NCBI GenBank assembly: GCA_963813065.1
Contig: CAWEXP010000006.1
Span: 55,779 to 119,778 of the forward strand
Origin: Candidatus Kaiserbacteria bacterium
GTDB taxonomy: Bacteria; Patescibacteriota; Minisyncoccia; Phycocordibacterales; Phycocordibacteraceae
Reading direction: 5' to 3'
DNA: 64,000 nt
The notes under the pieces are model-generated. The model searched no databases. It was given only the letters and a program-made list of their open reading frames with translations, and was not told the DNA's origin. The translations under genes were made by a program, and so were the position numbers. Of this stretch, positions 38,635 through 47,909 are shown one piece after another (within the stretch, counting starts at the first letter, position 1; every line of letters starts with the position of its first letter).

Positions 38635-39255
38635 TCAGGGGAGGAGATCGAAGAGGCGCTCGAGGAAGGTGCGACGCAGAGCCATCACCGTCGGCTGATC
38701 ATGCGCGTAGGTGGCGATCATGTCCTGGTGCTGTTGGGCGCGGAATGCGCGCAGAGATTCGACCGTGAACGTGCCATGCTCGGTCTCGGCCTGGCCATTG
38801 AGGAGGCGGGTGATGTGCGGCATCGACTTGTCGAGCGTTTTGATAAATCGTGCTTCTGGTGTCGTTAACGATTCGTAGGCCGCAATGGTCTCGGGTATCC
38901 AGGGCAGAGTCGCACCGAACTCGTCGCGGATGCGCACGAAGGCCGCGTGCTCGCGCCGCATTTTCTCCTCTTTGTCTTCGACCGACATCGGCTTGAGCGT
39001 ATTCGTGTCGCCCGCGTAGACCTCGACCAAGTCGTGCACGAGGGCAAATTGCGCGACTTTCCCCAGATCCAGCTCGGGCGCCTCGCGCGCGGCGAAGGCG
39101 CAGGCGATGAGTGCGAGCATGACGGTGTGATCGGTGTCGGATTCGAAGGTCTCGCCGTCTTCGTGGTAGGTGGCGCGATTCGTCCGCCCGAATTGGAGCG
39201 CCAATCGCCCGAGTCGTACGACCGCATCCGCAACTTCCTCCATTCGTTCCTGCAT
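38635..39255 (-). CDS. HD-domain phosphohydrolase (YfbR/HDDC2-like)
   Basis: ESDTDH, LVHDLVEVYAGD, EARFIKTLDK. Confidence 0.88.
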   Translation of the reverse strand: MQERMEEVADAVVRLGRLALQFGRTNRATYHEDGETFESDTDHTVMLALIACAFAAREAPELDLGKVAQFALVHDLVEVYAGDTNTLKPMSVEDKEEKMRREHAAFVRIRDEFGATLPWIPETIAAYESLTTPEARFIKTLDKSMPHITRLLNGQAETEHGTFTVESLRAFRAQQHQDMIATYAHDQPTVMALRRTFLERLFDLLP

Positions 39256-39330
39256 AGGCGTATTGTATGCCGGTCCGCGAACTTCTCCAACGGGTATAAA
39301 AAAGCCGGCCTCGTGAAGAGGCCGGTTCTG

Positions 39331-39630
39331 TTAGAAGGTGTTGCACTGGGGAATGAGATGGCAAGTCTGGTGTGCCCAGCCCGCCAGCTGACACAGCCAG
39401 TAGTAGAGCAATTCATAGCTCATGATCGCGAGGACAGAGCCCAGCAAGGCGAAACCGAGCCATCGCGGAGTTTTCTTGTCCGAGGTGTCGTTGGGTGCGA
39501 TGTTGCAGACGAACGTGATGATCAACACCACGCAGGGTGCGAGCGCGACAAAGAAATTGTACACAACACCCAGAGTCGCGGTGGCCGCGTAGGCGATGAG
39601 TGCGAGTAGCACATAGGAAAAAGTGCGCAT
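39331..39630 (-). CDS. Small multi-TM hypothetical protein
   Basis: AGGAG RBS, three hydrophobic segments. Confidence 0.55.
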   Translation of the reverse strand: MRTFSYVLLALIAYAATATLGVVYNFFVALAPCVVLIITFVCNIAPNDTSDKKTPRWLGFALLGSVLAIMSYELLYYWLCQLAGWAHQTCHLIPQCNTF

Positions 39631-39725
39631 GCGAGTCTCCTTCAGATCGCAGATTGTTCCGGAAATATCATACCGCATATTTAATTATTTTGCAAGTGCC
39701 ACGGGAAGCGGTATGATACGGGCAA

Positions 39726-40757
39726 ATGTCATTCTTTTCTCCCAAACTCGGTATCGATCTCGGGACGACCAACGTGCTGGTCTTCGTGCCGGGCAAGGGC
39801 GTCATCATCAATGAGCCCTCGGTCGTCGCGGTGGGGAAGAACGAGGGCCCGCGCGGCGGGAAGAATAAGATTCTGGCGATTGGCATCGAGGCCAAGAAGA
39901 TGATTGGTCGCACGCCCGACGACATCATCGCCTATCAGCCGATGAAGGACGGCGTCATCGCTGACTACCGAATCACGGAGGTGATGTTGCGCTATTTCAT
40001 CCGCAAGGCGCTCGGCCGCTGGAACCCGTTCAAGCCGACGGTGCTGGTGTCGGTGCCCGCAGGCGTCACCTCGACCGAGAAGCGCGCGGTCATCGAGGCG
40101 GCGATGAAGGCGGGCGCGAAAAACGCGTTCGTGGTCAAGGAGCCGATTCTCGCCGCGATTGGTGCGGGCATCCCCATTCACGAGCCGATGGGCCGAATGG
40201 TCGCCGATATTGGTGGCGGTACCATCGACGTCGCCGTGATCTCGCTCGGCGGCATCGTCGCCTCGACCTCGGTCAAGTGCGCAGGTAATCGCCTCGACCG
40301 CGCGATTGTCGATTATATTAAGAAACAGCACAACCTCTCGATTGGCGACAAGACCGCCGAAGAAGTGAAAATAAAAATTGGCGCCGCAGTGCCGATTAAC
40401 GAAGAGCTCGCTCTGCCGATCAAAGGCCGCGACCTGGTCTCTGGCCTGCCGCGCACCATCGAACTCTCGACCAATGAAGTCGCGGGCGCGATGGCGCGTG
40501 AGCTCCGCGAGATGACGCAAGCAATCCGTAAGGTCTTGCAGGAGACGCCGCCCGAGCTCGCTTCGGACATTATCGACAATGGCATCATCCTCACCGGCGG
40601 CTCGAGCCAGCTCCGCCAGATGACCGAGCTCGTGTATCGCCGCACGGGCGTCGTCGCCAAGCTCGCGACCGATCCCTACTACTGCGTCGCGCGCGGCACT
40701 GGCATCGCGCTGAAACATTTGCATACGTATCAGAAAAGTATTTTAGCGAAGCAATAA
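39726..40757 (+). CDS. mreB: Rod shape-determining protein MreB (stand-alone paralog)
   Basis: GIDLGTTN, EPSVVA, DIGGGT, LTGGSS. Confidence 0.95.
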   Translation: MSFFSPKLGIDLGTTNVLVFVPGKGVIINEPSVVAVGKNEGPRGGKNKILAIGIEAKKMIGRTPDDIIAYQPMKDGVIADYRITEVMLRYFIRKALGRWNPFKPTVLVSVPAGVTSTEKRAVIEAAMKAGAKNAFVVKEPILAAIGAGIPIHEPMGRMVADIGGGTIDVAVISLGGIVASTSVKCAGNRLDRAIVDYIKKQHNLSIGDKTAEEVKIKIGAAVPINEELALPIKGRDLVSGLPRTIELSTNEVAGAMARELREMTQAIRKVLQETPPELASDIIDNGIILTGGSSQLRQMTELVYRRTGVVAKLATDPYYCVARGTGIALKHLHTYQKSILAKQ

Positions 40758-40801
40758 CGCATCGTTACAAAAGAAAACCCGCGGCGAGTACGCCGCGGGG
40801 A

Positions 40802-41227
40802 CTAGAAAGGAATCTTGATACCAATCACGAGTGCGCTCGTGTGGCCCAGCTTGTTCTCGCCGATGAGTGGCTCGAATTGCACACCACTCACGACCCAGCG
40901 ATACGTCAGCGCATCGTAGAAGGCGTGGAACCGGCCGCTCTCAAAAGAAAGTAGAAGGTCGCGTTCGATCGGCATGCCACTCAAGTACGCATACTTTTTC
41001 TCGAGCGTACCGATGCGCCACGGCTTCTTCGCATCATAGGCCGGTGTTGACGGTTCTTGCCACGGACGATCGCGGAATTCCTTCCACGAGGGCGGCGGAA
41101 TCACGAGGTTTATCTTGTTTAAGTCAGACTTGAACAGAGTAGCGCTATGCGCACACTCGGTCGACATCGCCAGTGCGGCAATCAAGATTACAAAAAACAA
41201 AAGAGCGAGACTCAACCAGCGCTTCAT
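40802..41227 (-). CDS. Exported hypothetical protein
   Basis: Signal peptide, AGGAGG RBS, ends in IGIKIPF. Confidence 0.55.
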   Translation of the reverse strand: MKRWLSLALLFFVILIAALAMSTECAHSATLFKSDLNKINLVIPPPSWKEFRDRPWQEPSTPAYDAKKPWRIGTLEKKYAYLSGMPIERDLLLSFESGRFHAFYDALTYRWVVSGVQFEPLIGENKLGHTSALVIGIKIPF

Positions 41228-41319
41228 CGGCGCCTCCTGGAACGTTTCTGCGCGAAAGTGTAGCACGGTATAAAAAGGGCGCCCGGTGAGGGGCGCCCAA
41301 GATTTTCGCACCAACTGTT

Positions 41320-42162
41320 TTAGCCGAAGATGTGCCCAAGAGCATACGAGAACTTGAGCATCCACACATCATCGAGATGATGTTTGAAGTACAGAGCCTG
41401 TCCGGTAACGTTTATCGTGAACCAATCCGTCGGATGATAGGTGAGTCCGCCCATGCCGATGGTCGAGTTCGAGCTGTTGCCCGTGAGGCTCACCGCCTGT
41501 GCCACTAAGAGATTGGCATCGACGCTGTCGGACCTGCCGAAAAGGCGATTGAGTGCCTTGAAGTCTGCCGACACGCCGAGACTGCTGGTGACGTAGGTAT
41601 CGTATTCGTTGATGCCTTCGAAGGCCTCAACTTTACCGGTGATACCGAAGGTCACCTTCCCATCCTTGAACGGACGTGTCGCGGCGAAGGACTGATAGAG
41701 TCCATCGTCTTTCAACGTCGCAAGGAAGTCTCGATCGTGGAAAGAAAGAAACCAATACGAGGCGGTTGCTTCGTAGTCGATCGGCCCGACGAAGGTCGAT
41801 GTTGAGCCGTCGCCGCCGATCGTCACGTCTGCTTCCTTGGCAGTTTCGAGATCGTTGCGGTGGTTACGGAACGAGTTCCACCAATCGCCCCAGACGTTAT
41901 CGAACAAGGGAGCGAACCAGGACGGATGGTCCCAATTCAGTGTGAACCCAGCGTTCGTTGTCGGTCCACGGGACGCCTGCATGCCGAAGTACGCGGCGAT
42001 GTATTTCGTCCGCTCACCGCCGTAGACGCTTACATCGGGCCCAGAGTCGACGGTAGTTACCATTGGATCTGTGCCGAGGCCCGCAATCGCAAACGACGGG
42101 GTCGTCGCCAATGCCAGCGCGAAGCCAGCAAGCATAATGGAAGTGAAAAGACCGTTGCGCAT
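41320..42162 (-). CDS. Exported beta-rich protein, beta-barrel/porin-like pattern
   Basis: Signal peptide, GGAGG RBS, alternating aromatic strands, C-terminal VWMLKFSY. Confidence 0.55.
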   Translation of the reverse strand: MRNGLFTSIMLAGFALALATTPSFAIAGLGTDPMVTTVDSGPDVSVYGGERTKYIAAYFGMQASRGPTTNAGFTLNWDHPSWFAPLFDNVWGDWWNSFRNHRNDLETAKEADVTIGGDGSTSTFVGPIDYEATASYWFLSFHDRDFLATLKDDGLYQSFAATRPFKDGKVTFGITGKVEAFEGINEYDTYVTSSLGVSADFKALNRLFGRSDSVDANLLVAQAVSLTGNSSNSTIGMGGLTYHPTDWFTINVTGQALYFKHHLDDVWMLKFSYALGHIFG

Positions 42163-42289
42163 GTGAATCCTCCAGATTCTGCCGGCAGAGTGCCAGCGTG
42201 AGCGCAATTCAACTGCACATATTATATACACAATTGACAACGTTTGTCAATCTCCGTAAAACAGCGTAGCTAGGCGCTATACTCACTCA

Positions 42290-43030
42290 ATGCACCACGC
42301 TTTTTTCATCGAGGCGGAAGCGGAAGCGGGAACGGCACTCGCGCTCGAGAGTATCGAGCGCGAGTTGGGGATGAAGGCGGCGGGGAATCCAGACGTCGTC
42401 GTTTTGAAATATGGATTGCTCTCGGTTGAGGATACGCGACGAATTATTGAAATAGCTTCAACGAAAGCATTTGGGAAGGCTAAAACTTCCTCTGAAGGAC
42501 GTTCGCCCGACGCTTCGGGAGAAGCGTCTAGGGCGATTGTTATCGCGGCGAGTCGCGCGTATCACGAGGCGCAGAACGCACTCCTGAAAATATTCGAGGA
42601 GCCCGCGCCCGGCACACACCTATTTCTCATTCTCCCCTCAGCGGGGATGCTCTTGCCGACGCTGAAATCTCGAATGCAAATTGTGGACACGCCGTGTCCT
42701 AAATCAGATTTAGGACACGCCGTGTCCAACTTGCCGGAAGCGGCGCAAAAGTTCCTCGCGGCGACGAGCGAGAAGCGCACGGCAATTGCGAAGAAGCTCG
42801 CAACGGGCGATGACGAAGACGATCGACGTGCCAATCGTGACGAGGCGCTCGCGATTGTGAATGGCATTGAGCTCGCGGCATACCGCGCATCGAAGAAACA
42901 GCCGGACCCAGCACTCTTCGCGCTCCTCTCCGACCTCGCAATCCTGCGCACGTATCTCCACGAACGCTCGGCGCCGGTCCGTATGATTCTCGAGCACGTC
43001 GCGCTCGTGATTCCAAAAAGCTTGAAATGA
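42290..43030 (+). CDS. holB: DNA polymerase III delta-prime-like protein with palindromic inserts
   Basis: NPD, EAQNALLKIFEEP, LLPTLKSR. Confidence 0.8.
   Translation: MHHAFFIEAEAEAGTALALESIERELGMKAAGNPDVVVLKYGLLSVEDTRRIIEIASTKAFGKAKTSSEGRSPDASGEASRAIVIAASRAYHEAQNALLKIFEEPAPGTHLFLILPSAGMLLPTLKSRMQIVDTPCPKSDLGHAVSNLPEAAQKFLAATSEKRTAIAKKLATGDDEDDRRANRDEALAIVNGIELAAYRASKKQPDPALFALLSDLAILRTYLHERSAPVRMILEHVALVIPKSLK
42684..42728. repeat. 45-nt nested palindrome in holB
   Basis: ggacacgccgtgtcc twice around aaatc-a-gattt; central 13-bp perfect arms. Confidence 0.85.
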
Positions 43031-43042
43031 TATACTGGGCGC

Positions 43043-43594
43043 ATGGCATACGATTTTTCACCACTGAAGACACAGATTAAAGAGACCGAAGAGTGGCTCG
43101 GGCGCGAGCTCTCGGGCATCCGTACGGGCCGCGCAACGCCCCTGCTTCTCGACGGCGTGAAGCCCGAGGCCTATGGCGCCCGTACACCGTTGAACCAGCT
43201 CGCGGCCGTCTCGGTCGAGGATGCGCGCACGCTTCGCATCGTCCCGTGGGATTCCTCGCTGACGAAAGCAATCGAGAAGGCGATTATCGAGGCCGATCTC
43301 GGCATCTCGCCCTCGGTCGACGACCAGGGCCTGCGCATCTCCTTCCCCGAGCTCACCAGCGATCGTCGCACACAATTGAAAAAACTCGCGGGAGAAAAAG
43401 CCGAGCACGCGAAAGTGACGCTCCGTTCACATCGCACCGACGCCATCCACGCGCTCGAAGAAGTCGAGAGCGAGGGCGGCATGGGCGAGGATGAGGCGAA
43501 GCGGCTCAAAGTCGAAATCCAAAAACTCATCGACGCATCCACCGCCAACCTCGCGAAGCTCGTCGAGAAAAAAGAAGTAGAGATTTCGCAATAA
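43043..43594 (+). CDS. frr: Ribosome recycling factor
   Basis: IRTGRATP, YGARTPLNQLA, PELTSDRR. Confidence 0.96.
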   Translation: MAYDFSPLKTQIKETEEWLGRELSGIRTGRATPLLLDGVKPEAYGARTPLNQLAAVSVEDARTLRIVPWDSSLTKAIEKAIIEADLGISPSVDDQGLRISFPELTSDRRTQLKKLAGEKAEHAKVTLRSHRTDAIHALEEVESEGGMGEDEAKRLKVEIQKLIDASTANLAKLVEKKEVEISQ

Positions 43595-43643
43595 CAATGA
43601 CGGATAACTTGCATTTAAAACCTAACTGGTATACTCCCTATAT

Positions 43644-43907
43644 ATGGCCACAGAAGAATCTACCAAAGTAGTTAGAGCCGCATACGAGTATCTCCTGCAA
43701 GTTCTTGTAGCGGGCGGCACATCTCTTGACAAAGTTTCTGACTTTCGTGTGGAAGAATTGACGCAAAATAAAAGTACGAAGGCCTATCAAGTCACTTTGA
43801 GTTACGAAGTGACCGGTCAATTCCAATTTGACAAAAAAAGAGAGCTTAAAGATTTTGATGTTACCCCAGCTGGCAAGGTGCTAGCTATGCGCATACGTAA
43901 GCAGTAA
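43644..43907 (+). CDS. Hypothetical protein, possible antitoxin
   Basis: 87 aa, AT-rich, 2 nt upstream of PIN gene. Confidence 0.6.
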   Translation: MATEESTKVVRAAYEYLLQVLVAGGTSLDKVSDFRVEELTQNKSTKAYQVTLSYEVTGQFQFDKKRELKDFDVTPAGKVLAMRIRKQ

Positions 43908-43909
43908 AT

Positions 43910-44452
43910 GTGGCAAGTGGCTTAAACAGTTTGGAAGCGATAGAAACATATCGTCTCGCCAGAAGACCCGATGGGATAATTGTAGACACGGACGTTTTGC
44001 ATCTTCTGCTGGTCGGTCTTTTCGATCCAAAGGAAATAGAATCATGTAGCCTGCTGCAGGACGGCGGGAAAAACTTCAAGGAAGAAGATTTCAAACTAGC
44101 GTTAGATATAGTATCTCGATTTAAGAAGGTTGTTATAACCCCTCACATTTTGGCTGAGTTATCGAACCAATCTAAGCAAGCATTTCATGGAGCAAAATTT
44201 GAATTATATTTTCAATCACTGATTGGCTATCTCAAAAATACTGAGGAAGATCACGTGACCTTAGATTCTTTGCTGCAAATTGATTTGAAAATAATCGAGA
44301 GATATGGGTTTACCGATTCGGCCATATTTGAACTAGCAAGAACAACAGGAATGCCCATATTTACTGATGATACGAAGCTACATATTTTCCTTGAAAATCA
44401 TGTGCCGATAATTAAATTCGGACATCTACGATATTTGGGTCTTTTAAAATAA
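43910..44452 (+). CDS. PIN-domain protein
   Basis: IIVDTDVL, ILAE, GFTDSAI, IFTDD acidic residues. Confidence 0.8.
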   Translation: MASGLNSLEAIETYRLARRPDGIIVDTDVLHLLLVGLFDPKEIESCSLLQDGGKNFKEEDFKLALDIVSRFKKVVITPHILAELSNQSKQAFHGAKFELYFQSLIGYLKNTEEDHVTLDSLLQIDLKIIERYGFTDSAIFELARTTGMPIFTDDTKLHIFLENHVPIIKFGHLRYLGLLK

Positions 44453-44501
44453 AAGGGCTTTGAATTTTTAAGAAAAGCCCCTCGCGAGAGGGGGCTTGGT
44501 G

Positions 44502-44900
44502 TTAGAGGGCATTCACTTTCTTGAGTTCGGCAGCGATGCGGTGGAATTTCTTGGAAAATTCTCGAGCGACGAGTTTGTCGCCGTGCCCGATGTCGCTCTT
44601 GCGACTGGCAAGTTTGTCGAATGCCTCTGCCTGCTTTTCGAGTGTGGCGATGAAATCCGATAGCTTCACGACCGGTGGTTTGGGCGGGGCGATTTGGTCC
44701 TTCGGGATTTTTTCCCAATCCTGATAAGAATCGGATATACCGAAACCCTTTTCCTTCCTTGCGCACGTGCCGCAGAAAGGGTGGTCGCCGGAGAATTGTG
44801 TGTGGCGAATCCATCGTGCAGGCTTGTCGCAGTGATATCCTCCGCCGCAACAATACAAAGGTTCAGTTGGCTTCGCACGCATTACTTTCTTCTTCGACAT
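44502..44900 (-). CDS. Hypothetical protein with putative Zn site
   Basis: AAGGAG RBS; CC....HC...CGTC. Confidence 0.55.
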   Translation of the reverse strand: MSKKKVMRAKPTEPLYCCGGGYHCDKPARWIRHTQFSGDHPFCGTCARKEKGFGISDSYQDWEKIPKDQIAPPKPPVVKLSDFIATLEKQAEAFDKLASRKSDIGHGDKLVAREFSKKFHRIAAELKKVNAL

Positions 44901-44968
44901 GAGTGGCTCCTTTCGCCAGTTCCGCGGTGAATCTAGCATATCGAGCGATTTTGTAAAAGCATAGTAGA

Positions 44969-46072
44969 ATGGCGACAATGGAAGTCGTCATTTTTATTCT
45001 CGTTATCGTCGCGCTGATTGTGGTCCACGAGTTTGGACATTTCGTCGTGGCGAAGATTTGCGGCATGCGCGTCGACGAGTTCGGTCTCGGGTATCCACCG
45101 CGCGCACTCACCATTGCGAAAGTGGGCGAGACCGAGTACACGCTCAATTGGTTGCCCTTCGGCGGTTTCGTGAAGATTTATGGAGAAGAAATAGATGCGA
45201 AAGAAATGGATGCGCGCGCGTTCAATAAGAAAAACAGATTCTTGCAAGCGCTGGTGCTCGTCGCGGGCATCGCGATGAATCTTATTTTTGCGTACGTTCT
45301 TATTACTAGTGCGCTTATCACCGGCACGCCGCGCGCCCTCACCGCGCCCGAGATCGCGCACGCGACCGGTCTCCAGCTCGCCATCGCGGATGTCGTGCCG
45401 AGCTCGCCTGCCGCGCGTGCGGGTATCTTGCCCGGCGATTCCATCCTCTCGGCCAAGGATACGGTTGGGGAGTGGCGCGCAAGTGACCCCGAGAGCTTCA
45501 CCGCGTTTATTGCGGCAAGTGGTGGGAGCGCCGTCAGTCTCACGCTCCTTCATAATGGCGCCGACGAAACAGTCACCGCAGAGCCGCAAGCGGGTGTCGT
45601 CCCGGGTGATCCCGCGCGCTACGCGCTCGGCGTCGAGGTCGCGACGATTGGCGTCGTGCCTGTCTCCTTTGTCAGCGCGCTCGGGCAGGGCGCCGAGCTG
45701 ACGTGGGAAATTACCAAGATGACCGCGCTCGGGCTCCTACACTTCTTCGCGAGCCTCTTCACCTTCTCGGCCGATCTCTCGCAGGTCGCGGGGCCCATCG
45801 GCATCGCGGGCGCGGTTGGCGGCGCGGCGGCGAGCGGGCTCGGCAATCTCCTCTCGCTTATCGCGGTCATTTCTATCAATCTCGCGCTCATCAATTTGAT
45901 TCCCATTCCTGCGCTCGACGGCGGCCGCCTCTTCTTTGTGATTATCGAATCAATTATCCGTCGGCCTATCCCCGCGCGTGCGGCGCAGGCGGTGAACACC
46001 GTCGGCTTCGCGCTCCTGGTCCTCCTCATGGTCGTGGTTTCGCTTCACGATATTTATAAAATCGTCGGTTGA
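44969..46072 (+). CDS. rseP: Site-2 (M50) intramembrane metalloprotease with PDZ
   Basis: HEFGH, PFGGFV, NLIPIPALDGG. Confidence 0.93.
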   Translation: MATMEVVIFILVIVALIVVHEFGHFVVAKICGMRVDEFGLGYPPRALTIAKVGETEYTLNWLPFGGFVKIYGEEIDAKEMDARAFNKKNRFLQALVLVAGIAMNLIFAYVLITSALITGTPRALTAPEIAHATGLQLAIADVVPSSPAARAGILPGDSILSAKDTVGEWRASDPESFTAFIAASGGSAVSLTLLHNGADETVTAEPQAGVVPGDPARYALGVEVATIGVVPVSFVSALGQGAELTWEITKMTALGLLHFFASLFTFSADLSQVAGPIGIAGAVGGAAASGLGNLLSLIAVISINLALINLIPIPALDGGRLFFVIIESIIRRPIPARAAQAVNTVGFALLVLLMVVVSLHDIYKIVG

Positions 46073-46171
46073 GTCATCAATGTCAAGATGTTATCTTGAC
46101 ATGGCCCATTGCATTTTTCCAAAACAAGCGTATTGTAATCGTAGTTGCAGATCTTGCAGGAGAGCAAGCAG

Positions 46172-46600
46172 ATGAATAAGCGTGAGACCACCAATCACTA
46201 CTTCAAGGACGACCACGACCGCATCATCAGCGTAATCGTCGACGACTTCAATGATGGTAGGCCGCCGCGCGTCGACGCCATGTTGCTCGGTATGCCAGAC
46301 GCAGGCGGGAAGTGGCGATTCTTCAAACTGCCACCCGTCGAACGACCGCAACAGGTTGCGTGGAATGAAGGGCGACTCGAAGATCTTGAGCAGAAAGCGA
46401 AGTATTGCCCGCTCAATGCTGAGTGGGGCGACGCGACAACGTCTTCGACGGTCGAAGTTGAAGCTGAAGTCGGCAATCTGTATAAGATTTTCGGCCAACG
46501 AAACGAAAGCGCGGGTGGTCATATGTACTGGGAATTCTTGATGGACCGCATTCGCAAATTACACCGCATGCTCACCAACGTTCTCGTTTCCGGCTCATAG
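46172..46600 (+). CDS. Hypothetical protein
   Basis: AGGAG RBS, terminator at 46606-46630. Confidence 0.55.
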   Translation: MNKRETTNHYFKDDHDRIISVIVDDFNDGRPPRVDAMLLGMPDAGGKWRFFKLPPVERPQQVAWNEGRLEDLEQKAKYCPLNAEWGDATTSSTVEVEAEVGNLYKIFGQRNESAGGHMYWEFLMDRIRKLHRMLTNVLVSGS

Positions 46601-46670
46601 CCGACACGGCCCCTCGGGGCCGTTTTCTTTACACTTTGCCCTTTGTTCGCTCCAGCTCTATACTAGCGAC

Positions 46671-47909
46671 ATGAGGCAATCACAACTCTTCACCAAAGCG
46701 CGACGCGAAGCGCCGGCCGACGAGGTCGCGAAGAACGCCCAGCTCCTCGTCCGCGCGGGGTATCTGCATAAGGAGATGGCCGGCGTCTACGATTATCTGC
46801 CGCTCGGCCTGCGTGTGTTCAAGAAGATTGAGCAAATTATTCGCGAAGAGATGGACGCCATCGGCGGACAAGAACTCTTCATGACCACGCTCCAGGATCC
46901 CGAGCTCTGGAAGAAAACGAATCGTTGGGACGACGCGGTCGTCGACAACTGGTTCAAGAGCGAACTCGCGGCGGGCGGCGAGATTGGCATTGCGAATACG
47001 CACGAGGAAGTCATCACGCGCATTCTCACCAACTACGTCAGCTCGTACAAAGACTTGCCGCTCTACGCCTATCAGTTCCAAAATAAATTTAGAAACGAAT
47101 TGCGCGCCAAGAGCGGCATCATGCGCGTGCGCGAGTTCGTGATGAAAGATTTGTATTCCTTCAGCCGCTCTGAAGAAGAGTTTAGACTGTTTTATGAAAA
47201 GGCTGCGGAGGCCTATACCAAGATATTCGAGCGTGTGGGCCTCGGCGCGATGACGTATCGCACCATCGCCGCGGGTGGCTCATTCACCACGGGGCTCACC
47301 GACGAGTTCCAGACCATCTCTTCGGCGGGCGAAGACACTATTTATGTTGACGAGAAGAAAAAAATTGCAGTGAATAAAGAAGTGCTGAATGATGAAGTCC
47401 TGCAGAAATATAATCTTGATCGGGCCGATCTCGTTGAACACAAATCCATCGAAGTCGGCAACATTTTCCCGCTCGGGACGAAATATTCTTCTGCACTCGG
47501 CCTTCTCTATACCGACGCAGAAGGGAAGAAGCACCCGGCGATTATGGGCTCCTATGGCATTGGGCTCGGCCGCTTGCTGGGCACGATTGTTGAAGTCTTT
47601 GCCGACGAAAAGGGTATTGTCTGGCCGGAGGCAGTTGCACCATTCTCGTATCATTTGGTCTCGCTCGGCAAGCCAGGCGACGAACTCTCGAAGATTGCCG
47701 ACACTCTATATGAGCAGGCGCAGAAGAAGGGTGCGAGCGTGCTCTACGACGACCGCGACGCCAGTGCCGGGGCCAAATTCGCCGAGAGCGACTTGCTCGG
47801 CATTCCGACGCGGATTGTCGTCGGGCGCGATGCCGCGAGTGGCGTGGTCGAAGTGGTCGACCGTGCGAGTGGGAAGGTAGAGAAGAAAAAGTATGCCGAA
47901 ATTTTCTAA
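46671..47909 (+). CDS. proS: Proline-tRNA ligase (short, no editing domain)
   Basis: MRQSQLF, THEE, KFRNELR, REFVMKD, SYGIGLGR, anticodon-binding domain. Confidence 0.95.
   Translation: MRQSQLFTKARREAPADEVAKNAQLLVRAGYLHKEMAGVYDYLPLGLRVFKKIEQIIREEMDAIGGQELFMTTLQDPELWKKTNRWDDAVVDNWFKSELAAGGEIGIANTHEEVITRILTNYVSSYKDLPLYAYQFQNKFRNELRAKSGIMRVREFVMKDLYSFSRSEEEFRLFYEKAAEAYTKIFERVGLGAMTYRTIAAGGSFTTGLTDEFQTISSAGEDTIYVDEKKKIAVNKEVLNDEVLQKYNLDRADLVEHKSIEVGNIFPLGTKYSSALGLLYTDAEGKKHPAIMGSYGIGLGRLLGTIVEVFADEKGIVWPEAVAPFSYHLVSLGKPGDELSKIADTLYEQAQKKGASVLYDDRDASAGAKFAESDLLGIPTRIVVGRDAASGVVEVVDRASGKVEKKKYAEIF

Noticed and set aside
39834-39865. gggaagaa direct repeat 24 nt apart in mreB as an insertion scar
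   Set aside because: Short repeat in a variable loop, no palindrome-family motif; could be simple slippage or chance.
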